Source: Octopus sinensis
Lineage: Eukaryota
DNA: 64,000 nt
Assembly: GCF_006345805.1 (NCBI RefSeq)
Contig: NC_043026.1
Coordinates: 8,184,001-8,248,000, forward strand
Direction: 5' to 3'
Shown piece after piece: positions 60,726 through 64,000 of this stretch. Position 1 is the first letter of the stretch. Every line of letters begins with the position of its first letter. The position numbers and the translations under genes were made by a program. Under the pieces are notes generated by a model, which did no database searches, was not told the origin of the DNA, and worked only from the letters and a program-made list of their open reading frames with translations.

Positions 60726-61669
60726 TATATATATATATATAAATTAATAAATAAAATAAAACATATGCATATATACATACATATATGTACGTACCTACCT
60801 CTACATGTATATATACATGCATATATGGGTACAGGACACCAAAAAAACGTCAAACACAATGAGAAACGAAAACATAGACACAAACCCAAGGAACTGGACA
60901 TTTTTCTTAAACAACGAAAAAATAGAGAACAGGACATACAATACAGGGAAAATTCCCCTTCTTCAGTCGCCTTTGTTTCATCTACTCCGCGTTTCGAAGA
61001 TCAAGGCGAGACATGACTTCAATGAAACATTCCTTCCCGCGAAAAGCAAATTAAATAAAATTTGAGATTTTTTTGCGGAGGGGTAAATATGGTAACAAAA
61101 ACAGGACAGTAACGACAGTACAAAATATAAACAGTAAAAGACAGGACAAGGAGAATAACAAAGGCGACTGAAGAAGGGGAATTTTCCTTGTATTGTATGT
61201 CCTGTTCTCTATTTTTTCGTTGTTTAAGAAAAATGTCCAGTTCCTTGGGTTTGTGTCTATGTTTTCGTTTCTCATTGTGTTCGACGTTTTTTTGGTGTCC
61301 TGTACCCATATATGCGTGTATATATACATGTAGAGGTAGGTACGTACATATATGTATGTATATATGCATGTTTTATTTTATTTATTAATTTATTATATGA
61401 CGGAATGCACGCATCCATTTCTAAGTAAGTTTGTTCTTAATATGTATATATATAACGTAAATATAATATGTGACAATTATTCGGTAGCCATGATAAAACT
61501 CCAAGTTTTGGATGCAGAGGTGGAAATCCACATCGGAGTTTTATCAGGGCTACCAAATAATCATCACATACAAGTGGCATAGTAGCGAGAGTTGAGGGTG
61601 GCATAGTAAAAAATTTTCATTTATTATTTGGCCGATACCGTGCAAAACTGGCATAGTAGCGAGAGTTGA

Positions 61670-62029
61670 CTGTATATATACACATATATACATATATATA
61701 TACATATACATATGTATACATACATATACACATATATACATATATATATACATATATGTACATACATACATACATATATGTACATACATACATACATATA
61801 TATATATGTATGTACATACATATATATATATGTATGTACATACATACATACATATATATATATGTACATACATACATACATATATATATATATGTACATA
61901 CATACATACATATATATATATACATACATACATATATATATACATACATATATATATACATACATATATAGATATATACATACATATATAGATATATACA
62001 TACATATATATATACATACATACATATAT

Positions 62030-62066
<37 letters not shown>

Positions 62067-63483
62067 CATACATATATATATATATATACATACATACACA
62101 TACATACATACATATATATACATACATACCTATATACATATATATACATACATACCTATATATATATATATACATATATATATACATATATACATACATA
62201 CATACATATATATACATACATACCTATATATATATATATATACATACATACATATATATATATACATATATACATACATACATATATATACATATATATA
62301 TAGACATACATTCGTATATATACACAGATGAATTAGTTTGAATCATGTCAATTGTGAAGATTAGCCTGGTATCCTCCAACCTGTATATTTGTGTGTTTAC
62401 ATGTATGTATTTATAAATTTAATGGATGTATATAAATATTTAACCTCTAACTTACTCATTAATGACATTATATTTTTTTTCTCTTCTTCAGATATTTGAA
62501 ATCCTGAAATTATCCAAGAATTTCGGAAATGGTGCCAACTTTATAAATATACACAGACTGATATATATATTTATACATTTAAGTATATATATATATGTAC
62601 ATATATATGTATGTATATATGTTTATTTATATATGTATATATATGTATGTATATTTGTATACGTATATATGTATATTTGTATATGTATATATGTATATTT
62701 ATATATGTATGCATATATGTATATATATATGTACATATATATATTATATATATATATGTACATATATATATATATGTATATATATATATGTACATATATA
62801 TATATATGTACATATATATATATATGTATATATATATGACATATATATATATATGTATATATATATGTACATATATTATATATATATATATATATGACAT
62901 ATATATATGTACATATATATATATATGTATATATACATATGTACATATATATATTATATATATGTATATATATATATATATGTGTATATATACACATTTC
63001 TATAGACATTTATATTTATATATATATCTTGACATTTATATATTTATACATAGACACACACATATATCCAGACACAAAAAGATATATATATATAAATACA
63101 TACGTTTGAACATACATGCAACTACATCTACACGTGTACACACACTCACATGTGCTTATATACGCAAACTCACACACACATATATATACATATATATATA
63201 TATATTTTATATAATTATATATGTATATAGACATTCATATATAGATATATTTATACATACATATTTATACATACATACACAAATGTATATACACACACAC
63301 ATATATACACACACACCCAAAAAGATATATATAAATACATGTATTTGAACATACATGTAACTACATATACAAACATATGTATGTGTATATATATATATAT
63401 ATAATATATATATATATATACACACATATATTAATATATGTATGTATATATATACATATGTATTAATATATATATATACATCA

Positions 63484-63514
<31 letters not shown>

Positions 63515-63624
63515 TTATATCTATATATATTAATATATATATATATATCTATATATATATACATATAAATATATACATATCTATATATACATATATATGT
63601 ATAAATTTATATATGCGTGTATAG

Positions 63625-63664
<40 letters not shown>

Positions 63665-63880
63665 CATACGCACACACAAACATACATACATGCATATATA
63701 TATACATACATACACACACACACACACACATACATATATATATATACATAGAAACACGTGTCTCTCCATGGAGATATATCCATGTATAAATGTGTATGCG
63801 TTTGCATGCACACATTTATATAGAAAATGCTCACGTATACACAAACCTATACACACAAACGCACACATGTAGACTCATAG
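61670..63880. repeat. (TA)n/(TACA)n tracts flanking the MAK terminal exon
   Basis: Direct reading; unique sequence only at ~62320-62560. Confidence 0.9.
62492..62507 (+). CDS. MAK: MAK terminal coding exon 13 (completes K, then YLKS-stop)
   Basis: Strong acceptor tttttttctcttcttcag|A TAT TTG AAA TCC TGA; restores the conserved DWxxKY ending. Confidence 0.75.
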
Positions 63881-64000
63881 ACTCACAAAAATTACCAACA
63901 ATTCATCTTCAGTTGACAAGTGGATTGTGAAAAGATTTCGTGGACAACCACCTCTACCACTCCTACTGCCACTACTACTATTACTACAACTATCACCACC

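Larger units (their letters stand above)
37634..62507 (+). other. MAK: MAK/ICK(CILK1)-family kinase gene model: 13 coding exons, 1758 nt, 585 aa
   Basis: All exons join in frame with GT-AG sites. Kinase exon sizes 101/55/122/80/133/172/168 nt match the vertebrate MAK/ICK structure as I recall it. Motifs [27 protein letters not shown]. Confidence 0.93.

Noticed and set aside
56735-63872. Many Tyr/Ile/Met/Cys-rich ORFs up to 321 aa
   Set aside because: Artefacts of (TA)n/(TATG)n tracts, which lack stops in several frames.

Overview
Eukaryotic, AT- and microsatellite-rich animal DNA. The SINE, LINE and microsatellite landscape points to an octopus (inference); there are no CRISPR, rRNA or genuine tRNA genes. 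Two spliced genes can be reconstructed by eye. (1) The 5' part of a WDR70/gad-1 gene on the minus strand: 4 coding exons, 9788 to 361, continuing off the left edge. (2) A complete MAK/ICK(CILK1)/DYF-5-type ciliary Ser/Thr kinase on the plus strand: 13 coding exons, 37634-62507, 1758 nt, 585 aa, with a TDY activation loop, a polyQ/H linker and a C-terminal GRPDWAAKYLKS. A candidate leader exon/promoter for it lies at ~13.6 kb. The rest is transposon-derived: several tRNA-type SINE families, CR1/RTE/Dong-R4/Penelope fragments, maT transposase remnants, Merlin/hAT/piggyBac/mariner MITEs and a head-to-tail Helitron cluster. The most striking unexplained signal is about 14 minimal type-I hammerhead-ribozyme motifs in about 7 different short repeat families. 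Most share one architecture: the hammerhead, a 100-250 bp body, a 3' end in (TA)n, and often a fold-back 5' end. One motif with an intact core lies next to a decayed Penelope GIY-YIG endonuclease, and one family carries a G3:C8 swap of the core tertiary pair. All repeat-family names and ribozyme activity are inferences and were not checked against any database.
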